Of a stretch of 64,000 nt of DNA, positions 16,401 through 28,682 are shown in pieces. A program made the position numbers and the translations under genes. Numbering within the stretch: the stretch's first letter is position 1; each line of letters opens with the position of its first letter. The notes beneath the pieces were generated by a model that was not told where the DNA came from, ran no database searches, and saw only the letters and a program-made list of their open reading frames with translations. This stretch comes from Phoronis australis (Eukaryota > Animalia > Phoronida), in the NCBI GenBank assembly GCA_002633005.1, contig NMRA01000005.1, forward strand, positions 599,913 to 663,912. Direction: 5' to 3'.

Positions 16401-19400
16401 GGGGAATAATCTGATCCCAGAAAAATATGGCCACTGGGGGCGCAGCTATCCTGCACACATCAACAATGTGACCTTCCTTGGTCTTGAGAAAGATGACATC
16501 ATGGATATTGCTCTTCTAACCAATCGTGAGTCGGCTTATTGTACAACTGAACAGTGGTCAGTTTATGTACAAAATTATAGCTTTGAACAGTATTTCTGTT
16601 CATATACGATGCAGTTCTGAACATTCAGTCTTGAATTTAGTGATTTTTGACTCATTATCAGAACTCTTATAAAAACATTCTATTTTAATGCTTTCTGTCT
16701 CTCTGACAACACCACAGGTATGACACAATGGTAAAATTTCTAATTGCCAAAATAGCACTTTCTTCATTTTCAGTGGCTTCTAACATAATGAACTTTTTGA
16801 AAAAAATATCAAATTCTTGTTGTTTGTGATACAGAACTTTAATAATTATGGCAAAGCATCATTTTGGCACTATGCATCATTTAAGAAAAAATGAGGAACT
16901 ATAATTTCCCCATCTGCCATATTGTGTGATTTTACTGTGACATGACATTGTGAACATTCAGTATTAACACAGCATGTTGTTTTTACAGTACTGTTACACC
17001 TGCCAGTATAACTCTGGTGACACTTAGGTCAGGTAGACTTGGTCATGCAGTTAAGGTGTTCCTTGATCCATTCGTAATGTGCACGTTTTTACCTTTGATT
17101 GGGTTTTTAATGCTAACGGGCACTCCCCTAAACATGATGTGGTCAACTTTGGTGAAAAAGGACCAAAAGACTGGTTTTTGGGCTGACAGTCATGTCCTGT
17201 GATATGGCTTATGACTAATTGCAATGGTTATTAACTTCACATTTCGCTAGCTTCCTCGAGTCCTGTGTTATTTGTGTTAGTTGTCAAGAATGGTCTGCTC
17301 AGTATCATTGAGCTAAGGCAAGATGTGTTGCGTAGTGTGCAGTGGGTTTGAGTCATATTGGCTGTGACATGTTGATGGCACACTTAGTCTCTAAATTGGA
17401 AGCTTCTTATGTCAACAGGTCAATTTGGAGGTGAAATGTCAGAGCTGGATGATGCTGGGACATACTATGACCTTGGTCCACGCAAGGTTACCAAAGGGGG
17501 GCAATACCAGTACATGTGTACCAGGAACAACAACTTTTCCAACAGAAGTCAGAAGGGGAAGATTGTGGTAGTCAACTATACCACAGTGGTGCGCTCTATT
17601 GGCTGGACAGGAGGCACTTTGTCTGGAAGGTAACTAGCCCTCGAGATTAGGCAAATAAATAACAACTGATTCTGATCTGCACCTGACTCACTTCGAAGTC
17701 GTTACCTTACAACTGGCAACAGGTGGCGTTGGGTTAAAAAGGGTCCCACCACTTTTCAACTGGCTTTAGGAGATGTTGGATAAGAAAAGGGTCCCGCCAC
17801 TATTCAGCTGGCATCAGGTAGTCAGAAGTATAATATTTGTTTCCATGCGTGTTTTTGTGCCTGTTTGCCCATTTAAGAAAATAAGAATTTTCTTATAAAT
17901 TCTCAGTGTTTTACTTCATATTAGTTCTGTTGTCGTGAATGAATTTGTTACTGAATTATTTGTAATTTCATTGACCACTCTGACATTGCAGAGAAGCCAA
18001 TGTGAGTGTTGACGAAGGTGTCTTCATGAAATTGCAAGTGATAAGCCTGGAGGAGTGGAGTGTGGAGGATGGAGAGAAGGCAATCAAGGCTAAGAACAGG
18101 GAGATTGGGGTTAGTTGAGTCATAGCTGAGAATGGGTAGATGGGGAATAGTTGTGCAGTTAAGAATGGAGAGATTGGGTGAACAATAAAGCTAAAGATAT
18201 GGAGTCAGTGGTTAGTTGTGCAGTTGCACATGTATGAATGATTAGCTGGGACTTGTTGTAGAGCTAACAATGGGTTAGTAAAAAGCTTTAGGACAATCAT
18301 CATGGAGATGGTGTTTATTTGTGCAGGTGCACAGGTATGAATGATTAATTGGGACTTGTTGTAGAGCTAACAGGCTCTATTAGGCTAGGATTAATTGCTT
18401 TGCTAAGGGCAGGGCGGTTGGGGCTAGTTGCACACTCAAGAATAACTAGATTTAGTTAGTGGGCCTAGACTCTTATCGTTTACCTGTGAATGGACTTGCA
18501 TGTAGTTAAGCTGTCACAATTTCAAATAGGTGTGTAGTGCAACACATATCACAACTCAGATAGGTTTGAAAGAAAGGTCTACTGGTAACGGTCGTAACTT
18601 TGTGCTCTGAAAAACATGTGCCTCTTTCTCTCATGAGATTAGTTTAATGGAATTCTATATGGCTATAGGATCCTATTTTGTTACCAACAAAATCATTTAA
18701 ACCTTCAGCGGTTCAAGAAAAATGCTTAACAATTCATAGGGATTGGCCTACCCTAAAATTGCTTAGTTGGAAATGGTGCATGCATACGCAAGCATATGAC
18801 TTGAGTTTCCGGCTCATTCGGCAACAAATCAAGATCGCATGAGTGTGGAAATGTTTTTTCAGCCCCAAAGCGTTTAGGTTGAGAATTCAACTGTGTCAGC
18901 TAAACGGGGATGAAATGTCTGTTTAAATAGGTATTAATCAGTTATGAGTGGTCTGTTTCACCTGTATTGCCGTCTACTATGCATCGAATTTCTGTCTCTT
19001 GTGTCTGTTTTCTGTGTGGAGTGGCATCAAAGTCTGTCATTTCTTCTAGGTGGGCGATAAGTATGCCAGTAAGTTCATCCTTCTTCACCCGGCTGAACCA
19101 TTGACCGCTGATGGTAAAGCCATCAAGATGACCGTGCAGCTTGACAAGTCATTAGGTAATGACGTGAAAGTTTACCGTTCAAACCCGGCCAACTTTGCTA
19201 CCTGGATACCTTTGGAAACACAGGTGGAGAATGGTGTTGCCGCATTCAGTACGACAGAGGGTGGAGCATTTGTGGCGCGCACCGCAGGCCCACCAATAGG
19301 TGGCATTGTGGGTGGAGTGGTCGCTGCATTGGTAGTCGTGGCTGTTGTGATTGGCACGGGGATTTACTGCCGTAGAAACCCTGACAAATGGCAGTCTGTG

Positions 19401-19448
19401 CGCAGTGGAATGGCAAACGTGAAGAGATCGACTCAAAGTAAAGTTTAG
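1454..19448 (+). CDS. DD3-3: DD3-3-like protein, ~768 aa, signal peptide + large Cys-containing ectodomain + C-terminal TM helix (14 coding exons)
   Basis: Exons 1454-1524, 4107-4160, 6662-6748, 10769-10864, 11122-11260, 12243-12365, 13862-14020, 14639-14841, 15024-15272, 15692-15862, 16299-16525, 17419-17629, 17992-18109, 19050-19448; all GT-AG and phase-consistent, total 2307 nt. Motifs [86 protein letters not shown] and [16 protein letters not shown] are those of the Dictyostelium DD3-3 family as I recall it. Hydrophobic N-terminus [16 protein letters not shown]; [27 protein letters not shown]. Confidence 0.9.
3290..3355. repeat. ~29-bp tandem duplication
   Basis: CCCCAGCGAGAGGTCACTGTAATGATGAC occurs twice in DD3-3 intron 1. 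Confidence 0.8.
4894..6575 (-). mobile_element. Non-autonomous Kolobok-type DNA transposon (copy A) with decayed THAP domain
   Basis: TTAA at 4890-4893 and 6576-6579; TIR AGGAGCATGCCACCC...GGGTGGCATTCTCCT. Minus strand from 6402 reads [11 protein letters not shown]...[13 protein letters not shown]...KHLRVC (THAP remnant). Full-length inverted homologue at 28683-30335. Confidence 0.85.
6779..7070. repeat. Degenerate ~55-60-bp tandem repeat
   Basis: Recurrent GGGTGATAGACAGTCATGACACT...GAACAAACTA units just downstream of DD3-3 exon 3. Confidence 0.7.
9146..9669. mobile_element. Probable MITE with imperfect terminal inverted repeats
   Basis: Left AGTAGATTTCCCATTAGGGGAACTTCGG resembles the reverse complement of right AAAGTTTCGCCTCTAATAGGAAAGCGACT; internal GAAGCTTCG palindromic motifs. 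TSD not resolved. Confidence 0.45.
10214..10341. other. Assembly gap (N run) flanked by poly-C
   Basis: Run of N directly in the sequence. Confidence 0.99.
11729..11883. mobile_element. hAT-superfamily MITE (155 bp)
   Basis: TIR CAGTGTTGTAGTGG / CCACTGCAGCACTG with perfect 8-bp TSD GTTTTCAG (11721-11728, 11884-11891). Confidence 0.85.
16065..16230. repeat. ~34-bp degenerate tandem repeat (~5 units)
   Basis: TTCACGTCTGCTGACTGGATTGTCACATATTGTA-like units upstream of DD3-3 exon 11. Confidence 0.75.
18089..18460 (+). repeat. Degenerate ~33-bp tandem repeat derived from the DD3-3 exon 13 donor junction
   Basis: GCTAAGAACAGGGAGATTGGG|GTTAGTTG is echoed by GCTGAGAATGGGTAGATGGGGAATAGTTG, GTTAAGAATGGAGAGATTGGGTG and GCTAAGGGCAGGGCGGTTGGGGCTAGTTG. 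Confidence 0.65.
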
Positions 19449-20489
19449 ATCACACAGTTAACATAGCAGCAAATGAGATTATCAGAAAAATTACCAGTTT
19501 AGATATTTTACTAACTCAGCAGTGCTTATAAACAAAACTTAAAACAGGCAAGTTAGATACTGAGAAACATACATGTAGCATTAGACATTTGGAAACTTTA
19601 ACATGTAAAATTACAAGTCAAATCTATGCATATATATATAAATAGTAAACACTATTTGGATTAACTATTCAGTGGTAGATAAGTATATGTGTAATATTGA
19701 TGAACTAGCCTGATAATGCGGTGAGGGTGTATCTCCATGCACAGAGAGCGGGATTCAGTTTGACACTATACCTCGTGCTGGGTGTACACGAGTTAGTCTT
19801 GTGACTGAACTTAGAGTTACATGAGACCATCCTGAATGAATGGAATCTAGCTTGTGACCCTGGTCACCATAGGTGTCCTGCAGTCAGTTTGCCAGAAATA
19901 GTTTCAACACTGTGCGTGCTGAGACAATAGGTAATGAAAGTCGGAAACACAATCGGGATGTCGGTATAACGTTCGTGTAAGGTTTCCAGACTGCTGACCA
20001 AGCGCACCACAGGTGCCCAGTAATCATCAGCCGTACTAACTTACGTTTACGAACACTTGAACATGGCCGTTCAGGTCTAACGAGGCAAACTCAGCAAGGG
20101 GCCAGGTTCAGAGAATTACCATTTTACTTCACAGGGTTAAAAGTGAGTTACTGGCATTATAAGTCATACGTATGAAACTTGACGTCGTGTTATTTGTTCA
20201 AAACTCTATGTTTCAACTTGTGAGGTATTTTAGAGTGAATTTGTTCACATGGCATTTTCATATATACAGACTATACAATACATAACCATTCCATGTCTTT
20301 ACAATTCCATTACTCTTGCTGGTAAAGGTAATGATTGAAGACATTTTATATTAGTTGTCAGAGACAATTTGTGATGAACTTTTGTCGTTATATTATGTAT
20401 ATTCCTGTAGAATTAACTTTTGTATACTATGATGCAGTTAGTGTTCTAGCTATAATTGTACCATTAAATGTATGCTGATGACAGCTTGC

Positions 20490-20495
20490 AATAAA
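20490..20495 (+). terminator. Candidate polyadenylation signal of the DD3-3-like gene
   Basis: AATAAA ~1 kb downstream of the stop codon, followed by GT/T-rich sequence. Confidence 0.45.
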
Positions 20496-21914
20496 ATGTA
20501 GCTTGCATATTGGTTAGTGTAGTTTTACCTTTATTAAGAAGAGTAATTTACACTAATTAAGGCTATGCAATTATTTGTGCTAGTAATTCCTGCTAAAAAT
20601 GCAAAACAGTTTCCCCGACAACATGAGTGTTGTGGTCACCAGAAGTTGAAACCCGCCTCCGTCAGAGATTTATGATATATGTGAATGGTCCCCAGCCTTA
20701 TAGACTCGAGACAGTTGCAGGAACCATCATTTTGCTACATGCAAGGTGTGTCGTGAGCCTACTTATCGAACACTACCATAAAACGTGGTATTCACTACTT
20801 GCACAAACTGTGCTTGAGAACGAGGTGTTGCGTCCAAACTACAATGGTTCTGCATGCTTAAACGTTTGCGTTGGTAAAATTGATGCTAAAACGAGGCATT
20901 GTGTCCTAAACAACAATGCACAACAATCATTTTTTGTAGCGCCACCAAAGTGTGCAAGTAGTGAATTGCGAGACCCACGCAAATATTCAGGGATATTAAC
21001 TTTGCTGTCTGGTATAAAAAAGTAGTGTGAATATGAAATTTACATTTTGTTGTTTTTTCTGTTTTTTATTGAATATGTTCGTGGAATGGTGAATTTGGAC
21101 AGTATCAACTGGCAGAAACCAAGAAAGGTGATTGGCCTTATATCCGCAGAAACTAGCCAAGGGCTTTTAATTTATTTAAGGTTGATCACTGCATTTTAAA
21201 AGTAATGTTTCCAAAATGGATTATTTCGCCTTTAAAGGCCTTATGACCTTGCATATGTTCATGGTTGATTTTTACTCGCGCAAAATAACACAACATATCG
21301 TACTCCCTGAAGTAGGATTCTGCTCCAACTTACCACTTTTCAAGTTTTGAGTGCAATTTCTGTCTATTATAAGGATTGCGTAACTCAGACAACTTCACTT
21401 GTCTGAAAGATGCTGGGACAATAAAATTCACCAATGCAGTTTCAACTGCCAATACATTTATTTGCATAATTACATTTTTATCACAGAATGCACCCATTAT
21501 CCACGCTTGACAAACATGATGGAAAAGAAACGGTTTCATCTTGTTCCTTCATTTTGACATTTTTGATTTCAACTAGACACTTAAACAATCCTAAGCCAGA
21601 AAAATCATTTTCTGACATGCTGAAACCGAGAGAACGTAACTGACTATAAATGACCCAATTAAACCAGTGACAATGTATCCATTTGCTGTCTAGAGATGAG
21701 ACTGAGGTAAAATAGATCCCACTCACCATACCCAAGTTTACCACACTAATAATGACTAGACCTTAAAGTGCCCCAAACCTCAATTCTCACACGTGTTCAA
21801 TTAAGGCACTTGCTAACACTGCTTGACAGTATGTTAATTTGTGTTGGTCAAGTGATGCTTCATACAATGCACTGTAGAGGACACTAATGATCCTCCATTG
21901 CAGGTCCATCACTG

Positions 21915-22140
21915 AAGGTGACTTTTATATGGGGTAATCCCAGGAAGGCCTAACTGCAGGTAACTTATACCAGGGCTTGGAATAACCAATGACAAAAAAG
22001 AGGAAAATTTTCCAAGGTGATGTATTGTTCCAAAAGTGTGATAGAAAATCCCCAATAGGAAAATTCCAAGCCCTGTTATATATGGGGTAACTCTGGGAAG
22101 GCCTAACTGCAGGTGACTTATAAACGGGGTAATCCAAGGA
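21915..22140. repeat. Local ~40-bp degenerate repeat
   Basis: TATATGGGGTAA...GGAAGGCCTAACTGCAGGT(G/A)ACTTATA appears at ~21927 and ~22079, with partial further copies. Confidence 0.6.
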
Positions 22141-22442
22141 TGGCTATCGCAGCATGCAACTTCAATATCTTGTGATACATCAACTTATAATGAAAGGAAG
22201 TCGAGTGATACAAACCAATGCAAGTCACCTTACTGTGCTGATACATTACACATCAGGCACATTAGTACAGCTATGTCACAAAGCTACTTATTTTGCATTG
22301 AAAACATTAATTTTTCACTTAGTCGAGCGATAATAAACAATTTCACGACGGAGAAAAGTGAAACCTTAACAAAGTCATGAGCATAGTGCAGTGAATCTTC
22401 TGAAAATGAAACTGCCGTAATACACATTTAGATTAGAGAGAA

Positions 22443-22570
22443 GGCAGTGTGGCCTGGTGTGTAGGTGCCTGCCTACTTTATTTCAAGGTTGTGAGTTTGA
22501 GTCACACTGGGTTGCACTGCTAAACCCTTGAGTCGGGTTTCTAGCTCCTCGGCTCAGTTTTAACTGCATG
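22443..22570 (+). mobile_element. Decayed tRNA-derived SINE head
   Basis: A-box-like GTGGCCTGGTG and B-box-like GGTTGTGAGTTTGAGTC at tRNA-like spacing; no intact cloverleaf. Confidence 0.4.
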
Positions 22571-23433
22571 TTTATGAAGCACAAAAATAGTTCCAGTGAT
22601 CAGTGCAATGGGCCTGCGCATTTTTTTTATAAAAATTACGAAGACCTGAGACAAGAGGATGGGTGTAAAATAATCAAATCTCATCTAGAATTGGTAAGTG
22701 GTATCCTGGTTCTATTATACACTAGGCTCCAAAAGATCACTTGTAGATTTTCTTGTAGAGGCAAAGGGAACACGTAAATGGACATCAAAAGGCACTGATA
22801 GTTTGAGATTCCACAGAACAGTATAGACTAACCACCTTAACAAGTAATACTGCACCCCATATAACATCATCATACACAAGGGAGGTGTTAACTTCAGGGC
22901 TCTGGTGTGTATAAGGTTGCATAATCACGTCAGTGTACGATAGATACATGTAGTTATAAATCAACTGTGAACTTAGGTCTGTTGCAAGAAAGTGACTTAA
23001 GACAGATATCTGGTATTTCGTTCCAACTATTTCTAAAAACTCACTCAGTTTAGCAAAAGAATACAGTATATGAAATTGACCCATAGGTGTTAGTTACTGA
23101 GAAAAATTAAAGAAATTATTTCCACTCAATGACATTCTAATACACGAGTCATACAATTACATGTGTTGACTAAACCTTAGTTTGTGGGAATTTAAAACCA
23201 AATTTATGTCTGAAGTCTCTTTTCATGGAGCAGACCAATTTTCAAGTAGTCAGGAAAGAAAAAATGATGATTTGGAAGCACAATATTTTTATATGAAGCC
23301 ATTGTTATAGTCTACATTTTTTTCACGAACCAAACTTCTTTGCTTTAAAATCATGTATATACGCCATTTACAGCTGAGGAAAACTGACTACCGTGTTCAG
23401 TGTTTGAAATGAAGGAGTGTCTCGCTGGAAGGC

Positions 23434-26400
23434 TCAGTTACAGATGGTGTGGGTAGTGACTGTGTTACCACTTCTCTGAGTCACTGTCCGGCAGTTACCA
23501 TCTGAAGAGAGAAGTTGTGTAGAGGTCAAGGTCATGCAACACAACTAGTTTAAGTCATATTGTCAACAGTAATAAATTATTTTTTGATGTTCACAACAGA
23601 TGCATCATCAATTCTTTGCAATAAATTTGTGTATCAGGGGTCAACAATGCGACCTCAGTTTTTGAATGGCCACCAGGTAAAAATTCGAGATTGCCATGCA
23701 CATAAGCTCACTCAAAATATTCCAGAAAGTTCCGACCATGTCGAGTTCATTAGTAGACATTTCCTCATTTTGTCGGTTTTTCAATTCAGGTATCTCGTGT
23801 ATTTCGTTTTAGGTTCTAGCCAACCATGTTAGTAGGGGCCTGGACGTTCGTAGCCCCACAATCTGTATGAGGTTTCATATTGTTTCAGCAATCTCAGTTC
23901 CCACATGGTGACTAGGAATTTTTCCAGGTCACATTTGACGACTTGACGTTATACTAAGCTTCGAACCTTGAAGAAGCAACAATTTTCCAGGGCAGGATTT
24001 CATTCACAGCTGGCCACATTTTTATGGTAAGGGGTGAATATGTCCTGAATAATATAGCCTCAAACCAAAGAACATTCAGCGTAAGAGCTATCGTGACACT
24101 TGTTATTGAGATAACTAGTGCCTTGGTTCAAGAAGCAGCAGGAATCGGTATGTGGACACAATTGTAATGTCCAACCATTCTTTGACACAATTTGAACATT
24201 AAAGTATCTCTCACTATTTGATGATTTTGAAGTCCAGATTACTTGCTTCGTTGTCAGAACATATGACCCGAAGGTCGACCACTAAATCTGGAATATTGCA
24301 AGAACGATGATTTGGGTCAAGAAAACTAAGAGCATAGTGCAGTTAGCGCTTGGCAAAGTTGGGGATATCTACCCACATACTCAATTTCATAATGATCCAT
24401 CAAAGGATGCCAGAGATACAGCACACAAAATCAATCAATTAAAGAACAGTGACCGGGAAATTTTGAATGTCTTACGAACGTTAACTCGTAGCGAACAATG
24501 GATGCTATAATCCAGATAACGCTTGATGAGATCTATCTACAATCTCACCTGTCATGATGGATATTGCACAGGTGAAAATGCAAGCCAAAACTCAATTGAA
24601 ATTAATTGCAAACTGAAGTGCAAGTTTCAATTACCCCATTCCCTGCCAACACAATAGAGAGCCATATATTTTTATGACATAATGAATGAGGTGTCATAAA
24701 GGATTATATTAGTGACTAAGCAGCCCAAGCAGCAGGACAGAATTCAGTGGGCTATTATGCTGGCATAAGTTGACTACAACCTTCGGACGATCATCATCCG
24801 ACGGTAAATTTTTACCTGGACTGGGATCATCATGTAACACTTTAGACAAATCCTGGGCACTGCAAAAATGCTGTTCTTCGAAATGAAAAATCGAAAAACT
24901 GATTCCCATTATGCTATCTTACAAAAAATATAGGCCTCAAAATGTAAATGCTGTGCATGAATTTCATGCCGATCAGATGCGAAATTCGACTTGTAGCATT
25001 CGAACACACATATTAAGCAAACAACCACGCTTCACAACAGAGCAACATACTTGGCAAAATTTCATTTTGTCAAGTATGTTCACAAACTTCTGGTTTCAGC
25101 TTGTCGCTCAAGACTTAGATTAATTGGCAAAATTCATTTTGCCGTGTGTGATGCCACAGTGTGATGTCAATAAATGTTATGCAGAGAATGACTTCCAAGC
25201 AATCGAGCCCAAGTTATTTTAGATTGAATCTAAAATTTTATACCATTGATTGATTTGTACCTTTTGATTTATTTAAAATGATCGATCTGTTTTCTATCAT
25301 CCAAAATCTTAGAGCACAATATTATTCACAAATATCTGACAGTAATGGCAAACGTTTCACAGCATGATGACACCTGCTCACAGCTTACCTGAGTGCCTAT
25401 GATGATGCGGGTTATGATGTCTGTGGACCTCTTGCTGTCTGTCATCATCAAACTGGTTGTGGAAGGAGAAATCATCAAATTGGTGAAATGAGCTGAACAT
25501 GTCATCATCGTCATTGCCGAACCCATCAAAAGAGAAAAATGACTTCCCTCCGAAAAAGTCATTATCATCGTCATCAAAATCATCTCCGTCCTTAAAGAAG
25601 TCGGCAAAAGTAAAGTGCTGATGTCCTCCATGGCCCTGTCCTCGGCCAAAGAACTCGTCAAAGTTGAAGTGAAAACCATCAAATCCTCCACCTCCGCCAC
25701 CTCCACCTTGCTCAAATGCACTTTCGCCAAACTGATCATACTGTCGCCTTTTTTCTGCATCAGACAGTATTTCATAAGCTGGAATACATCAACAGAGAGT
25801 AAACACACACCTTCTCACACTAGCACCATGCGTAGATGACTCACTAGGAGGTCTGCACGTGAACAATTGGCAGGTGATACTAGAGTGAACTTTAAGAAAA
25901 AGATTATAGTTAAGGCATCAAGTAAGGGAGGCTTTTGTACAATATGAACTCCATGAGTTAATGTACAAGTAAGGCATTTTAAATGTAGAACAGTTGGAAC
26001 AAAACTAAGAATAAATGACCAGTATATTTAAATTATTAGAACCTGTTACAATGCAGACTAAATCTTTTTATAAACAAAATCCCGACATGCATTGCACCAA
26101 GCACTGGCTCGGAGATATAACTTCACAATATACTCTGACTACAATTTGACAAAAACCTTATTTTAGTGTAACATTAAAGTTCACAAAATAATTTTGGCGA
26201 GATGTTAACCCATGTGTGATAGAGTCTGACAGAGTATTGGTGAGGTTTACCCAGTGTCGCATAATCTGACAAAGTTCTGGTGACTAAGTTTATCAACTTT
26301 ATTCTGAATACAACTTAATGAACAAAATTAAACAATGTAATCAATACGCAGATGCCTGGTTTCTTAGATCTGCAAAATAATCAAGATAAATCAGACAAAA

Positions 26401-26801
26401 TGGCATTGTCTACAGGAATTAATTTGGAGACTCAATAAACCAACTCATCATTGATGAAGATGTCATGTGACAGTCACCGATGAAGCCAACAGATGTCATC
26501 AGTGACAATCACATGACATACTCTTCATACAGCCATTGAACAAAGACACCGTGTTTCTACTTTGTAACTTACCTTTGGCAATGTCTACAAATTTTTTTTC
26601 GGCTTCTTTCTTCTCTTCAGGTTTCACTTTATCTGGGTGATATTTCTTAGCAAGTTTCCTAAATGCAGATTTGATCTGTTTGGTTGTTGCATTTTTGGGG
26701 ACTCCCAATAACTGGTAATAGTCTTTGGCCTGCACAAGGCTCAAGTCTAGCGTAATAGCACTGTACAATACAGACACAAGGACCACTCTTGAACACAACA
26801 T
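23434..26801 (-). CDS. DNAJB9: DnaJ homolog subfamily B member 9 (ERdj4), ~228 aa, ER-lumenal Hsp40 co-chaperone
   Basis: Coding exons 26801-26573, 25778-25389, 23501-23434 (687 nt, phase-consistent). Signal peptide, J-domain KDYYQLLGV...[13 protein letters not shown]...[20 protein letters not shown]- and D/F-rich region, C-terminal [18 protein letters not shown] typical of DNAJB9. Acceptor at 26842 implies an upstream non-coding exon; candidate donor near 30921. Confidence 0.92.
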
Positions 26802-28682
26802 TGTGTCGCGAAAGATTGCACAAAGTGAGGCGACTGTGATACCTGAAAATAAAGCAGAAAACGAGATGGGACAACATTTATGACACACCAGTATATCTAG
26901 AAGGCTAGACTTGAAGTAAAGAAACGGCATGAAAGATCATATTGATGTATCATATCAAGACGTATTAGCTTACAAGTGGGAAAGTCACTCGGTCAAATAC
27001 AAACCAATGGCCTGCTTGTATCATAAGTGTACTGTTTTTAAGTCAAGGACAAGTTCTTCTAATAAAAACTGCATTAAAATGGCATTTCTTATATTGTTTT
27101 ACACTTACATGACAATAATAAGCAAGGTGAACATCGGTTGACACATGCATCCTGTCTATTTGTAAGATCTACACTATATATTGTTGACAGTCAGCTCAGA
27201 TATTGTCCTTTTTGTTCATGTAACACCGTTGAGTATGAATCTCATAGATGTTTGCAGCAAATGTCACCATTTGTGGGCGTAGCGTGATTAAACCCTTATA
27301 GCCAATAATGTTGTTAGTAGTTTAATCAAGCTGGTTAAGTTAAAACTTTGTGTATCACGCCACGTCCACAAGGATAACACTCTTCGAAGAAGGTCCTTAA
27401 TTAACTTTTTTGAACTTAATTTCTATATCATGTTACTGCACTCTGCATACGTAAATAAGTACATTATGTGTTCAACTGTGCTGTGGGCCTATGGCCTTTG
27501 AGCGCTTTAGTTAAGTTATTACTCACAAATTACAATCTATTATTCACAATAATTGTTTCCTGACATATTATTTAGTATGCTTCAATTTATCAATCAAAAG
27601 GTAAGCTGGTTGATGAGCATTCTCAATACAGACCCATTGCTTGTATGTCTTCGACATTCACAAGAGTGTAAACCCCCATTGCAGTATTGCCAATTGGAGT
27701 TTATTTCGATAACGTACCTCTAGTCTAGTATACACTACACAAGAAGGGAGTGTTTCATACCCTATTGAGTACATGTTTTCAAAGATACGCCAGGTCAGAT
27801 ATAAATGCGTCAAAATTCTGGCAAGGTTTGCCATCTCCCCAATATGTGACGCCCAAGTCAATCGCTGTGATTATCTTTTTGCTTGACCCTCAATCAGCCC
27901 GGATCAATTGAATTTGAAGCTCAAGAGGTGAGATTGCAAACCACACCAGAGCAGCAGGTTATTAAGCGTGTCACGTAGTGGTGATATTCCAAACCTTACC
28001 AGACGTTCGTAACAAGCTTGACCTTATTATATATAATGGCATCCCTTCAACTTCATTTATACTAAAGGAATGTGCTGACTAAGGGATTGAAATAACCTCT
28101 GACCCATGTTATTGCCTTATTTGGTCAGTTTGCCCAGTCTTAGTGAAACTGGGGCCCCTGCCATAAAACTTTTATTGTCTTAACTTAGATCGAACGCTGT
28201 CTAGTTAAGATTAAAATGTCTTAATCCCGTTTCACGAAATTTCTTAAGATCAACCATAAGACCGAAATCAGTATAAGCTACGACCAAAAAAATGACTTGT
28301 TATAGAGTTGGCTCAAGATTGAACCTTAGGTCTAAATCATTAACAACTTGGGACTTTTATCATTGTAAGCTCAGAGGAACAAATTTCCTTGAGATTTTTC
28401 ACATTCTAATGTCCGTCGATTCCAGATCCAGCAAAGGTGGCGAAGGCTGTAAACACAATGCAGTGCGACTTCAAACGAGCACATGTGATATTTTCCAGCC
28501 AAACCAGAGTGTTGTCAAGCAAACGATATCTCAATAGCATTCGATGTCAATGGATCCCATTTAGAGTTTCAAGACCAAGATTATTCTTGAAACTGTATTT
28601 CACACACAACCTTACTTACTTCTGTTCATTCACAGCAGGTGTAGAAAGCGTAGTTGGTATTGACTATGTAAAACCAACTTAA

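Noticed and set aside
20627-21025. 132-aa ORF between DD3-3 and DNAJB9
   Set aside because: GTG start, no motifs or splice support; likely a chance ORF in UTR/intergenic DNA.
25326-25808. 160-aa minus-strand ORF as a separate gene
   Set aside because: Alternative frame overlapping DNAJB9 coding exon 2; the true frame is the G/F-D/F-rich one.
27358-27368. XBP1/UPRE-like GCCACGT in the DNAJB9 intron
   Set aside because: Single imperfect 7-mer ~3.5 kb from the presumed TSS; expected by chance.
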